Below, in pieces: positions 24,936 to 32,948 of a DNA stretch of 47,335 bases. The DNA is taken from contig JAFYNA010000054.1 of assembly GCA_017549925.1 (NCBI GenBank), positions 1 to 47,335 on the forward strand, written 5' to 3'. This stretch comes from Clostridia bacterium (lineage in GTDB: Bacteria > Bacillota > Clostridia > Oscillospirales > CAG-382). Made by a program: the position numbers and the translations under genes. The stretch's first letter is position 1, and every line of letters starts with the position of its first letter. The notes under the pieces were generated by a model. It searched no databases. It was not told the DNA's origin and saw only the letters and a list, made by a program, of their open reading frames with translations.

Positions 24936-25019
24936 CAAACATGTAACCGGAACCTCACCCCCGATGCGGTGGCACTGCAGATCAAAAATTACTTTCATCT
25001 TCCCGACAGAAAGATATAA
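24936..25019 (+). pseudogene. Truncated remnant of a paralog of the P-loop kinase-like gene (3' end only)
   Basis: 24953-25010 aligns with 24211-24268: 34 of the first 37 nt are identical, and about 80% overall. It translates in frame to NLTPDAVALQIKNYFHLPDRKI*, versus HLTPDAVALQIKNHFRLPDIQ... in the intact gene. Three of the differences are synonymous. Confidence 0.65.
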
Positions 25020-25131
25020 CCTATCTTCTCTTGTGCATTTTCCGAAAACGACAGTTTTCGGCAATGCTTTTCGGGGTCCAAGGGGCGCTTTTTCAAAAAG
25101 CGTCCCTTGCGTTCCTCATGTCTCCAACCGC

Positions 25132-25162
25132 AAAAAAACGCCCCGCTTTCGCAGGGCGTTTT
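25132..25162 (-). terminator. Intrinsic terminator of prs (hairpin is usable on both strands)
   Basis: Minus strand: AAACGCCCTGC-GAAA-GCGGGGCGTTT followed by TTTTTTT, 12 nt after the prs stop. Confidence 0.8.
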
Positions 25163-25174
25163 ATCATATGCAAA

Positions 25175-26278
25175 TTAGTTATGCTTCAGCAAACGTCTGA
25201 TGCGGGTGGTGCATTCCAGCAGGGGAGAGATGGACTCGTCGTTGTTGAGGGTGTGAGTGATCTTTGCAACGAACTTGGAAAGATCCGCACATACCAACCA
25301 AGGACGGGAGAGATACTCCTCGGGAACGTAGGAAAGGTTGGTGGTGTAAAGACGGGTCAGCTTGCCTTCCTCATAGAGCTTGTCGAACTTCTCAACACCC
25401 TCGGTGAAGAATGCAAAGGTAGCAACCGCGTAGATCTCCTTGGCGTTGCGCTTGTAAGCCTCGTTCACAACTTCGATGATGGACTGACCGGAAGCGATCA
25501 TATCGTCGATGATCAAAACCTTCTTGTTGTCCAAGGGGCCGCCGATATACTCGTGCTGAACGATGGGGTTCTTACCGTTGACAATGCGGGAATGGTCGCG
25601 ACGCTTGTAGAACATACCAACGTCAAGGCCAAGAACGTTTGCGTAGTAAATAGCACGCTCCATAGCGCCGTTGTCGGGGCTGATAACGGTCATGTTATCC
25701 TTGAAGATATCGTCGCCCTCGATGGCGATGAAGTTCTTCAGAATGGAGTAAGTGGGCAGAACGTTCTCAAAGGAAGTTCCGGGAATCGCGTTGTGAATGG
25801 TGGGATCGTGAGCATCAAAGGTGATGATGGTCTCAACGCCCAAATTTCTCAGCTCCTCCAGAGCCATTGCGCAGTCCAGGGACTCTCTGCCCTTTCTGCG
25901 GTGCTGTCTGGATGCGTAAAGCAAAGGCATGATCAAGGTGATACGGTTTGCCTTGCCGCCGATTGCAGAGATTACGCGCTTGATGTCCTGGAAATGCTCA
26001 TCGGGACCGATGTGATTCTCATAGCCGAACATCTTATAGGTGCAGTGATAGTTGCCTACGTCGCTGACAATGTAAAGATCCTTGCCGCGAACAGAGTCCA
26101 AAATACGAACCTTACCTTCGCCGTTGCTGAAGCGAACCTCTTCCGTGGGGATGATGTAGCTGGGGGAGTTGGGATCTTCGCCGCGGATCTCCTTGATCCA
26201 TGCGTCAACCTTCTGACCCAATTCCTTGCAGTTGTTCATGACGATCAAGCCGATTCCGCCGTTGCTTCCGTTTGCCAT
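25175..26278 (-). CDS. prs: Ribose-phosphate diphosphokinase (PRPP synthetase) family protein, long divergent form
   Basis: RFSNGEGKVRILDSVRGKDLYIVSD, PLLYASRQHRRKGRES, TFDAHDP, and PRPP-binding loop LIIDDMIASGQS. Confidence 0.88.
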   Translation of the reverse strand: MANGSNGGIGLIVMNNCKELGQKVDAWIKEIRGEDPNSPSYIIPTEEVRFSNGEGKVRILDSVRGKDLYIVSDVGNYHCTYKMFGYENHIGPDEHFQDIKRVISAIGGKANRITLIMPLLYASRQHRRKGRESLDCAMALEELRNLGVETIITFDAHDPTIHNAIPGTSFENVLPTYSILKNFIAIEGDDIFKDNMTVISPDNGAMERAIYYANVLGLDVGMFYKRRDHSRIVNGKNPIVQHEYIGGPLDNKKVLIIDDMIASGQSIIEVVNEAYKRNAKEIYAVATFAFFTEGVEKFDKLYEEGKLTRLYTTNLSYVPEEYLSRPWLVCADLSKFVAKITHTLNNDESISPLLECTTRIRRLLKHN

Positions 26279-26468
26279 TTACAATTCTCCTTAAAATCAT
26301 ATCGTTTCTGATTTGTATATAAATTTTACAACAGATTTCGCTTTTTGTATATAGGTTTATTTAACAAAATATCACTCATATTTTTACATAAAATCACATA
26401 TTTTTTCCTAAAAGAAAAAAATCTCTGTTTTTTATCGGAAAAGACAGGGTTTATTTTTCAAAATGGAA

Positions 26469-26497
26469 TTGACATTTCCCCCAAAATGTGGTATTCT
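26469..26497 (+). promoter_or_regulatory. recA promoter
   Basis: TTGACA (26469-26474), 17 nt, TATTCT (26492-26497) preceded by TGg. Confidence 0.7.
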
Positions 26498-26502
26498 GTA
26501 TT

Positions 26503-26516
26503 AGAACATCGGTTCG
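26503..26516 (+). promoter_or_regulatory. LexA operator (Gram-positive SOS/Cheo box)
   Basis: AGAACATCGGTTCG fits GAAC-N4-GTTC. It starts 6 nt after the -10, overlapping the predicted transcription start of recA. Confidence 0.8.
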
Positions 26517-26545
26517 AAAGCAAATTAGCATGAGAGGATATTGAT

Positions 26546-27610
26546 ATGGCTACGAAGGATATGAAAGACAGCAAGGCTGCGGCGTTGGAAACTGCCATCG
26601 CCCAGATCGAAAAGCAGTGCGGCAAAGGCTCTATTATGCGTTTGGGAGATAACACCCGTATGGGAGTTACCGGCGTTACCACCGGCTCCATCTCTCTGGA
26701 TATCGCGTTGGGTATCGGTGGCGTCCCCAGAGGACGTATCATCGAGATCTACGGGCCGGAGTCTTCCGGTAAGACTACCATCGCCTTGCATATCGTAGCC
26801 GAGGTACAGAAGCTTGGGGGCGAGGCGGCGTTTATCGACGCGGAGCACGCTCTGGATCCCGTTTACGCCAAGGCATTGGGCGTTGACATCGATAAGCTTC
26901 TGGTTTCCCAGCCCGACGACGGTGAGCAGGCACTTGAGATCACCGAGGCATTGGTGCGTTCCGGCGCCATCGAGGTGGTTGTCATCGACTCCGTTGCTGC
27001 TCTGGTTCCCCGTAACGAGCTGGATGGCGACATGGGTGCTTCCCACGTGGGTCTCCATGCCCGTCTGATGTCTCAGGCGCTTCGTAAGCTCTCCGGCTCC
27101 ATCTCCAAGTCCAACTGTATCGTGGTGTTCATCAACCAGCTTCGCGAGAAGGTGGGCATCGTCTACGGCAACCCCGAGGTTACCACCGGCGGCCGCGCTC
27201 TGAAGTTCTACGCCTCCGTCCGTATCGACGTGCGTAAGACCGCTCAGTTGGGCACCGGTGAGGATATTTACGGCAACCACGTTCGTTGTAAAGTGGTTAA
27301 GAACAAGGTTGCACCTCCCTTCAAGTCCGCAGAGTTCGACATCATCTACGGTCAGGGCATCTCCAAGGAGAGCGAGATCATTGAGCTGGGCGTCAAGTGC
27401 GGCGTTCTGGAAAAGAGCGGTGGCTGGCTGTCCTACAACGGCGAGAAGTTGGGCAACGGTAAGGACCGCGTTCGTGGGCTCCTTTGCGAGAATCCCGCCC
27501 TCTGTGCCGAGCTGGAGGCTAAGATCAAGGAGTGCTTCGTGAAGAAGCCCGACGGTTTCGGCGATACCGACGCCGATAACGAGCTTTCCTTCTCCGACGA
27601 GCTGGAATAA
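26546..27610 (+). CDS. recA: Recombinase RecA
   Basis: [16 protein letters not shown] (Walker A), [10 protein letters not shown], and the rest colinear with RecA. Confidence 0.98.
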   Translation: MATKDMKDSKAAALETAIAQIEKQCGKGSIMRLGDNTRMGVTGVTTGSISLDIALGIGGVPRGRIIEIYGPESSGKTTIALHIVAEVQKLGGEAAFIDAEHALDPVYAKALGVDIDKLLVSQPDDGEQALEITEALVRSGAIEVVVIDSVAALVPRNELDGDMGASHVGLHARLMSQALRKLSGSISKSNCIVVFINQLREKVGIVYGNPEVTTGGRALKFYASVRIDVRKTAQLGTGEDIYGNHVRCKVVKNKVAPPFKSAEFDIIYGQGISKESEIIELGVKCGVLEKSGGWLSYNGEKLGNGKDRVRGLLCENPALCAELEAKIKECFVKKPDGFGDTDADNELSFSDELE

Positions 27611-27616
27611 TTTTTC

Positions 27617-28225
27617 ATGCTGGTTTTGGAGAAGCTTCTCCGCGACGAGGAGCGTAAGGAGGCTACGGCGTATTGCGGCGGAAACCGCTTTCGCATCACT
27701 CTGTACGATTGCAACCGTTTAGCCCTTGAGCAGGGAATGGACGTCTCCGACGAGCTGTTAGAGCAGCTTGAGCAGGCGGATGCCCGCCTTTCCTGCATTC
27801 AGAAGGGCTTTACCCACCTCTCCTACGGTGACCTTTCCAAGAAGAAGCTGTACGAGAAGCTCCGCCGCCACTATGACCCCGCTTTGTGCAGAGAGACCGT
27901 GGAGCTTTTTGAGGAGCGAGGCTATCTCAACGATCTGGAGCTTGCCCGTCGGTACGCGGATAATTATTATTCTCTGCGTTCCTACGGTCCCATGCGGATC
28001 AAGCAGGAGCTTTACGGAAAAGGCTTTACCCCGGAGGTCATCGACACCGTTTTGGAGCCTTACCGCGCTATGGATCATCGGGAGAAGATTACAGAGCTTT
28101 TGGAGCAGAACTTTCGCGGCCAATCCTTAGAGGATCCCGCCGTGAAGAAAAAAGCCTCCGCGTGGCTGAACCGTCGCGGCTACGGCTGGTCGGATATCTC
28201 CGACGTGTTTAACGACTATCAATAA
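27617..28225 (+). CDS. recX: Recombination regulator RecX
   Basis: Position immediately after recA. Three-helix-repeat pattern (..YGDLSKKKLYEKL.., ERGYLNDLELARRYA, YGPMRIKQELYGKGF). Confidence 0.85.
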   Translation: MLVLEKLLRDEERKEATAYCGGNRFRITLYDCNRLALEQGMDVSDELLEQLEQADARLSCIQKGFTHLSYGDLSKKKLYEKLRRHYDPALCRETVELFEERGYLNDLELARRYADNYYSLRSYGPMRIKQELYGKGFTPEVIDTVLEPYRAMDHREKITELLEQNFRGQSLEDPAVKKKASAWLNRRGYGWSDISDVFNDYQ

Positions 28226-28244
28226 AAAACAGGAAATAAACGCT

Positions 28245-29570
28245 ATGAATATCAAAGTGGGCTTTGTGTCCCTGGGTTGTCCCAAAAACTTAATGAACAC
28301 CGAGCGTATGCTTGCTCTGCTTGCCGCCGAGGGCTTCGAGATCGTTGCCGAGGATGTGGAAGCGGACGTTATGGTCATCAATACCTGCGCCTTTATCGAG
28401 AGCGCAAAGACAGAGGCCATCGACAGCATTTTAGACATCGCTTGGTTGAAGGAGCATCATACCTTGAAGGGTATCGTTGTGGCAGGCTGTCTGCCCCAGC
28501 GTTACGGCGATGAGATCTTGAAGGAGCTTCCCGAGGTGAACTGCATCATCGGTACAGGCTCCGTGGAGAAGATCTGCGAGGCGGTTCGCGCCGCTTATCA
28601 CGGCACCTCTTACCGCGCCTTTGACGATATCCACACCGCGCCCTTCGGTGGGGAGCGTGTGGTCACCACACCGGAGCATTTTGCGTATCTGCAGATCTCC
28701 GAGGGCTGTGACAACTGCTGCACCTACTGTGTGATCCCTTCTATCCGCGGCAAGTTCCGTAGCCGCCCCATGAGTGACTTGGTGGAGGAAGCCACCGAGC
28801 TTGCAGAGCTGGGGATCAAGGAGCTGTGCCTCATCGCTCAGGACACTACCCGTTACGGTGAGGATCTTTACGGTACCTACGCCTTGGACAGCTTGATCGC
28901 AGAGCTGTCTCAGATCGAAGGCATTGAGTGGATCCGTCTTTTGTATTGCTATCCCGACCGTATTACCGACGGGCTGATCGAGGAGATCGCCAACAACCCC
29001 AAGGTGGTCAAGTATATCGATATGCCCATCCAGCATATCAATGATGATATCTTAAAGCGGATGAACCGTCGCAGCAACAAAGCACAGATCATGGAAGTGA
29101 TCCAAAAGCTTCGTTCCCGCGTTCCCGGCATCATCCTGCGCTCCACGGTGATCGTGGGCTTCCCCGGAGAAACCGCCGCCCAGTTCGAGGAGCTTCGCAA
29201 CTTCTTGAAGGAGATCCGTTTTGAGCGTCTCGGCGTGTTCTCTTATTCCCGTGAGGAGGGGACTCCCGCCTACGATTTCCCCGGCCAAGTCAGCGAGAAG
29301 ACCAAGGAGAAGCGTAACGACATTTTGATGGAACAGCAGGAGCGCATTCACAACGAGTGCAACGAAGCGTTCCTCGGACAGACCCTGAAAGTGATCTGCG
29401 AGGGATACGACCAGGTGTCCGAGAGCTTCTTCGGCAGATCCTATGCGGATGCCTACGACATTGATGGCAAGATCTTCTTCTCTGCCTCCAAAAACGTCCG
29501 TGAGGGGCAGTTTGTCAACGTTTTGATTACCGAGGTCATGGATTACGACCTTGTGGGCAAAGTGGTATAA
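28245..29570 (+). CDS. rimO: 30S ribosomal protein S12 methylthiotransferase RimO
   Basis: KVGFVSLGCPKNLMNTE, INTCAFIESAKTE, and radical SAM CDNCCTYC. MTTase plus TRAM architecture. Confidence 0.9.
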   Translation: MNIKVGFVSLGCPKNLMNTERMLALLAAEGFEIVAEDVEADVMVINTCAFIESAKTEAIDSILDIAWLKEHHTLKGIVVAGCLPQRYGDEILKELPEVNCIIGTGSVEKICEAVRAAYHGTSYRAFDDIHTAPFGGERVVTTPEHFAYLQISEGCDNCCTYCVIPSIRGKFRSRPMSDLVEEATELAELGIKELCLIAQDTTRYGEDLYGTYALDSLIAELSQIEGIEWIRLLYCYPDRITDGLIEEIANNPKVVKYIDMPIQHINDDILKRMNRRSNKAQIMEVIQKLRSRVPGIILRSTVIVGFPGETAAQFEELRNFLKEIRFERLGVFSYSREEGTPAYDFPGQVSEKTKEKRNDILMEQQERIHNECNEAFLGQTLKVICEGYDQVSESFFGRSYADAYDIDGKIFFSASKNVREGQFVNVLITEVMDYDLVGKVV

Positions 29571-29608
29571 AGGCTTTTATATAACATTTTTCGCAGGAGG
29601 CTTTGTCT

Positions 29609-30241
29609 GTGAATTTACCTAACAAACTCACGCTGATTCGTATCATCAGCATTCCGTTCTTTATTTTGTTTGCCGTCTACGATTTCTTCCCCTTTGACGA
29701 TTGCTACGGCGATTGGCTGAGCAGATCCATTGCGGCACTCCTGTTCATCGGCGCGGCCATTACCGACTTTTTGGACGGTCATATTGCCCGCAAGCATAAT
29801 CTGATCACCGATTTCGGCAAATTTATGGATCCCTTGGCGGATAAATTCCTGATCCTGGGCTCCTTGATGGCTCTTTGTGTCTCCGCATTTACTTTTGAGT
29901 ACAATGCGGTTTGCGCCCATGATTTCGGCGTTCCCGTAGAGGTTCTCCGCCAGGTATTCTTTTGGGCTGCCGTGGTGGTGCTGTCCCGTGAGCTTGCCGT
30001 AACCTCCATGCGCTTGGTGGTGGCAAAGACCGGTATCGTGGTCGCCGCCAATATGCTTGGCAAGATCAAGACCAATACCCAGATCGTATGCGTCTCCGTC
30101 TTGCTGTTAGAGCCCATCGTGTTGCCCTTCTGTCGCGGCTGGCTGTCCTTGCTCTCCGTAATCGTGATGGCGGTGTTCACCCTGTGGTCCGGCTTGAATT
30201 ACATTCTCAGTTATTGGAAATATCTGGATACAGAAAAGTAA
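29609..30241 (+). CDS. pgsA: CDP-diacylglycerol--glycerol-3-phosphate 3-phosphatidyltransferase
   Basis: CDP-alcohol phosphotransferase motif DFLDGHIARK...G..MDPLADK. GTG at 29609 lies 8 nt after AGGAGG; the ORF-track TTG at 29603 is too close to the RBS. Confidence 0.9.
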   Translation: MNLPNKLTLIRIISIPFFILFAVYDFFPFDDCYGDWLSRSIAALLFIGAAITDFLDGHIARKHNLITDFGKFMDPLADKFLILGSLMALCVSAFTFEYNAVCAHDFGVPVEVLRQVFFWAAVVVLSRELAVTSMRLVVAKTGIVVAANMLGKIKTNTQIVCVSVLLLEPIVLPFCRGWLSLLSVIVMAVFTLWSGLNYILSYWKYLDTEK

Positions 30242-30268
30242 TCCCGTTTTTTTGGAAAGGTTATTCTC

Positions 30269-31690
30269 ATGATCAAATTATATAACAGCGTTACCCACAC
30301 GGTGGATCCCTTTGTTACCCACGAGCCCGGCAAGGTAAAAATGTATACCTGCGGCCCCACCGTCTATCACTTTGCCCATATCGGCAACCTCCGCAGTTAC
30401 ATCATGGAGGACGTGCTGGAGAAATTCCTGCGTTGGTCCGGTTATGACGTATTGCGCGTCATGAATATTACCGACGTAGGTCACTTGGCCAGCGATGCCG
30501 ATACCGGCGAGGATAAAATGCTCAAGGGCGCCCGCCGTGAACATAAGACCGTTATGGAGATCGCACGCTTTTACACCGACGCCTTCTTTGAGGATTGCAA
30601 AAAGCTGAACATCCGCAGACCCGACGTGGTTGAGCCCGCTACCGGGTGCATCCCCGAGTTTATCCAGATGGTAGAGAAGCTTCTTGCCGATGGCTATGCC
30701 TATCTGGCAGGCGGCAACGTGTATTTCGACACCTCCAAGTGCGAGGAATATTATATTTTCAACCGCCACAACGAGGAAGACCTTGAGGTGGGTGTCCGTG
30801 ACGGCGTAGAAGCCGACGGCAACAAGAAGAACAAGGGCGACTTCGTTCTCTGGTTCACCAAGTCCAAGTTTGATGATCAGGAGCTGAAGTGGGAAAGTCC
30901 TTGGGGCATCGGCTACCCCGGCTGGCACATCGAATGCTCCGCCATCAGCTTGAAGCATTGCGGCGAGTATCTCGACCTCCACTGCGGCGGTATCGATAAC
31001 CAGTTCCCTCACCATACCAACGAGATCGCGCAGAGCGAGGCATACCTCGGCCATCCTTGGTGCCCCCAGTGGTTCCACGTTCACCATCTGAACACCACCG
31101 GCGGCAAGATGAGCAAATCCAAGGGCGAGTTCCTGACCGTTTCTCTCTTGGAGGAGAAGGGCTACGATCCCTTGGTGTACCGCTTCTTCTGTCTGCAGTC
31201 TCACTACCGTAAATCTCTGGTGTTCTCCTTCGAGAATTTGGATAACGCCCGCGCCGCTTATAATAAGCTGATCGACCGCATCGTTGCCCTCCTGCCTCAG
31301 AAGGATGGGGAAGTGGATGCCACTGCCTTCTCCGCATATAAGGAGAAGTTTGCCTCCGTGATGGGTGAGGATCTGAACACTTCTATGGCTGTTACCGCCA
31401 TCTACGACGTGCTTAAGGCAGATACCAACGCCGCTACCAAGCTTGCCTTGCTGGCGGATTACGATGAGGTTCTCTCCATCGGCATGATCGCCGCCGCAGA
31501 GAAGCTTGCCGCTGAGATCCCTGCCGAAAACGACGAGGACGAGGCCTATATCACCGAAATGATCGCCAAGCGCGCCGCCGCCAAGAAGGCAAAGAACTTT
31601 GCCGAGGCAGACGCCATCCGCGATGAGCTGAAGGCCAAGGGCATCCTTTTGGTAGACTCTTCTCAGGGAACCACATGGAAGCGGGCGTAA
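30269..31690 (+). CDS. cysS: Cysteine--tRNA ligase
   Basis: MYTCGPTVYHFAHIGNLR (HIGH) and KMSKSKG (KMSKS). Confidence 0.97.
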   Translation: MIKLYNSVTHTVDPFVTHEPGKVKMYTCGPTVYHFAHIGNLRSYIMEDVLEKFLRWSGYDVLRVMNITDVGHLASDADTGEDKMLKGARREHKTVMEIARFYTDAFFEDCKKLNIRRPDVVEPATGCIPEFIQMVEKLLADGYAYLAGGNVYFDTSKCEEYYIFNRHNEEDLEVGVRDGVEADGNKKNKGDFVLWFTKSKFDDQELKWESPWGIGYPGWHIECSAISLKHCGEYLDLHCGGIDNQFPHHTNEIAQSEAYLGHPWCPQWFHVHHLNTTGGKMSKSKGEFLTVSLLEEKGYDPLVYRFFCLQSHYRKSLVFSFENLDNARAAYNKLIDRIVALLPQKDGEVDATAFSAYKEKFASVMGEDLNTSMAVTAIYDVLKADTNAATKLALLADYDEVLSIGMIAAAEKLAAEIPAENDEDEAYITEMIAKRAAAKKAKNFAEADAIRDELKAKGILLVDSSQGTTWKRA

Positions 31691-32058
31691 CCTTCCGCAG
31701 AGGGGATTACAGCCCCCTCGTGCTGGCATACATGGGGGATGCTTATTTCGAGACCCTTGCCAGAGAATATCTGGTGGGGGACGGAAACTGTAAGCCCTCC
31801 TTGTTGAACGACCGCGCCAAGGAGATCGTTACCGCACATAGCCAGAGTGCCATGGTGGATCGTCTCCTCCCCCTTCTTACCGATGAAGAGCTTGCCATTT
31901 ACAAAAGCGGAAGAAATTCCAAAAGCGCACACCGCTCCAAGAGCGCGTCTGCCGTGGAATACCGCCGCGCCACCGGGCTGGAATGCCTCTACGGCTATTT
32001 CTGGCTTTCGGCGCAATACGACCGTGCCAGGGAGCTGTTCCTGCGCGGCGTAGAATAA
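31675..32058 (+). CDS. mrnC: Mini-ribonuclease 3
   Basis: LAYMGDAYFE, ..SGRNSKS.., EYRRATGLECLYGY. Follows cysS as in Bacillus. 16-nt overlap with cysS. Confidence 0.88.
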   Translation: MEAGVTFRRGDYSPLVLAYMGDAYFETLAREYLVGDGNCKPSLLNDRAKEIVTAHSQSAMVDRLLPLLTDEELAIYKSGRNSKSAHRSKSASAVEYRRATGLECLYGYFWLSAQYDRARELFLRGVE

Positions 32059-32075
32059 AGAATGGAGAACGCAAG

Positions 32076-32684
32076 ATGAACGGATTAAACGAAAAAGAAC
32101 TGGAGATCCTCCGGTTTGTCAAAGATTGCATCGAACGTGACGGATACGCACCTGCCGTGCGTGATATATGCCACGCTTTGGGCATCCGCTCCACCTCCAC
32201 CGTCCACGGATATCTTCACCGTCTGAACGAAAAAGGATATCTTCAGTTAGCTTCCCGCAAGAGCCGCGCCCTGCGGTTGGAGTCCAACGGGGAAGAGGGT
32301 GGTGAGCAGACCCGCCGCGTGCCTATTTTGGGTAGAGTTACCGCAGGAGCTCCCATCCTTGCCATTGAGAATTATGACGGATACGTGGATTTTCCCACTG
32401 TGATGACCCGTGGCAGATCCAACCTCTTCGCCTTGCGCGTTATGGGCGAGAGTATGATCGAGGCAGGCATTCTGAACGGTGATATCGTCATCGTTGAGAG
32501 TATGCAGCATGCCGATGACGGGGATATCGTAGTGGCCATGATCGAGGACGAGGCTACCGTCAAACGCTTCTTCCGTGACAACGGCAGGATCCGCCTCCAG
32601 CCCGCAAACTCCGCTATGAAGCCTATCTACGCTCCCGAGGTCACCGTGCTGGGCAAGGTGATCGCCAACTTCCGTTTCTATTAA
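32076..32684 (+). CDS. lexA: LexA repressor
   Basis: Winged HTH ...VRDICHALGIRSTSTVHGYLHRLNEKGYL. Ala-Gly cleavage site (VTAGAP). Catalytic GESM and VKRF. GGAG RBS 8 nt before ATG 32076. Confidence 0.95.
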   Translation: MNGLNEKELEILRFVKDCIERDGYAPAVRDICHALGIRSTSTVHGYLHRLNEKGYLQLASRKSRALRLESNGEEGGEQTRRVPILGRVTAGAPILAIENYDGYVDFPTVMTRGRSNLFALRVMGESMIEAGILNGDIVIVESMQHADDGDIVVAMIEDEATVKRFFRDNGRIRLQPANSAMKPIYAPEVTVLGKVIANFRFY

Positions 32685-32710
32685 TATTTCGAGAAAAATC
32701 CAAAATCCTC

Positions 32711-32739
32711 TTGACAACCGACTGTTTTTGTGGTATTCT
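32711..32739 (+). promoter_or_regulatory. Promoter of tRNA-Lys
   Basis: TTGACA (32711-32716), 17 nt, TATTCT (32734-32739). It has the same TGTGGTATTCT -10 region as the recA promoter. Confidence 0.65.
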
Positions 32740-32757
32740 AACTTGCGTTGGAAATCT

Positions 32758-32833
32758 GATCCACTAGCTCAGTTGGCAGAGCATCTGACTTTTAATCAGG
32801 GGGTCCGGAGTTCGAGTCTCCGGTGGATCACCA
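32758..32833 (+). tRNA. tRNA-Lys (anticodon UUU), CCA encoded
   Basis: Hand-folded cloverleaf. Acceptor GATCCAC/GTGGATC. D arm GCTC-AGTTGGCA-GAGC. Anticodon arm TCTGA-CTTTTAA-TCAGG. T arm CGGAG-TTCGAGT-CTCCG. Discriminator A plus CCA. Confidence 0.93.
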
Positions 32834-32836
32834 AGC

Positions 32837-32868
32837 AAAAAGGACTTGTGCAGACAAGTCCTTTTTTG
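32837..32868 (+). terminator. Intrinsic terminator after tRNA-Lys
   Basis: AAAAGGACTTGT-GCAG-ACAAGTCCTTTT followed by TTTG. Confidence 0.85.
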
Positions 32869-32882
32869 TTTCTTTCTTTGGC

Positions 32883-32911
32883 TTGACAGAACGTCAAAAA
32901 CGCTGTATAAT
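32883..32911 (+). promoter_or_regulatory. Consensus promoter of the Crp/Fnr regulator gene
   Basis: TTGACA (32883-32888), 17 nt, TATAAT (32906-32911). The -35 is embedded in the palindrome TTGAC-AGAAC-GTCAA. Confidence 0.7.
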
Positions 32912-32948
32912 TTCCTTATACCTTACGCAGTATTCGGAGGGACACCTT

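Noticed and set aside
24337-24942. 201-aa minus-strand ORF and other short ORFs over the GNAT gene and REP-like region
   Set aside because: It is an antisense shadow of the GNAT gene extended through REP-like hairpins, which give Arg/Gly/Pro-rich translations. No RBS.
26345-26533. 62-aa plus-strand ORF in the prs/recA spacer
   Set aside because: It is AT-rich low-complexity sequence that contains the recA promoter and LexA box. It has no RBS.
30242-30268. Expected T-box leader upstream of cysS, and riboswitch-type leaders upstream of asnB, prs, DAHP synthase and malQ
   Set aside because: The spacers are too short (27 nt before cysS), and none contains the T-box, SAM-I or purine riboswitch core sequences I can recall. 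Only an Infernal/Rfam scan could be decisive.
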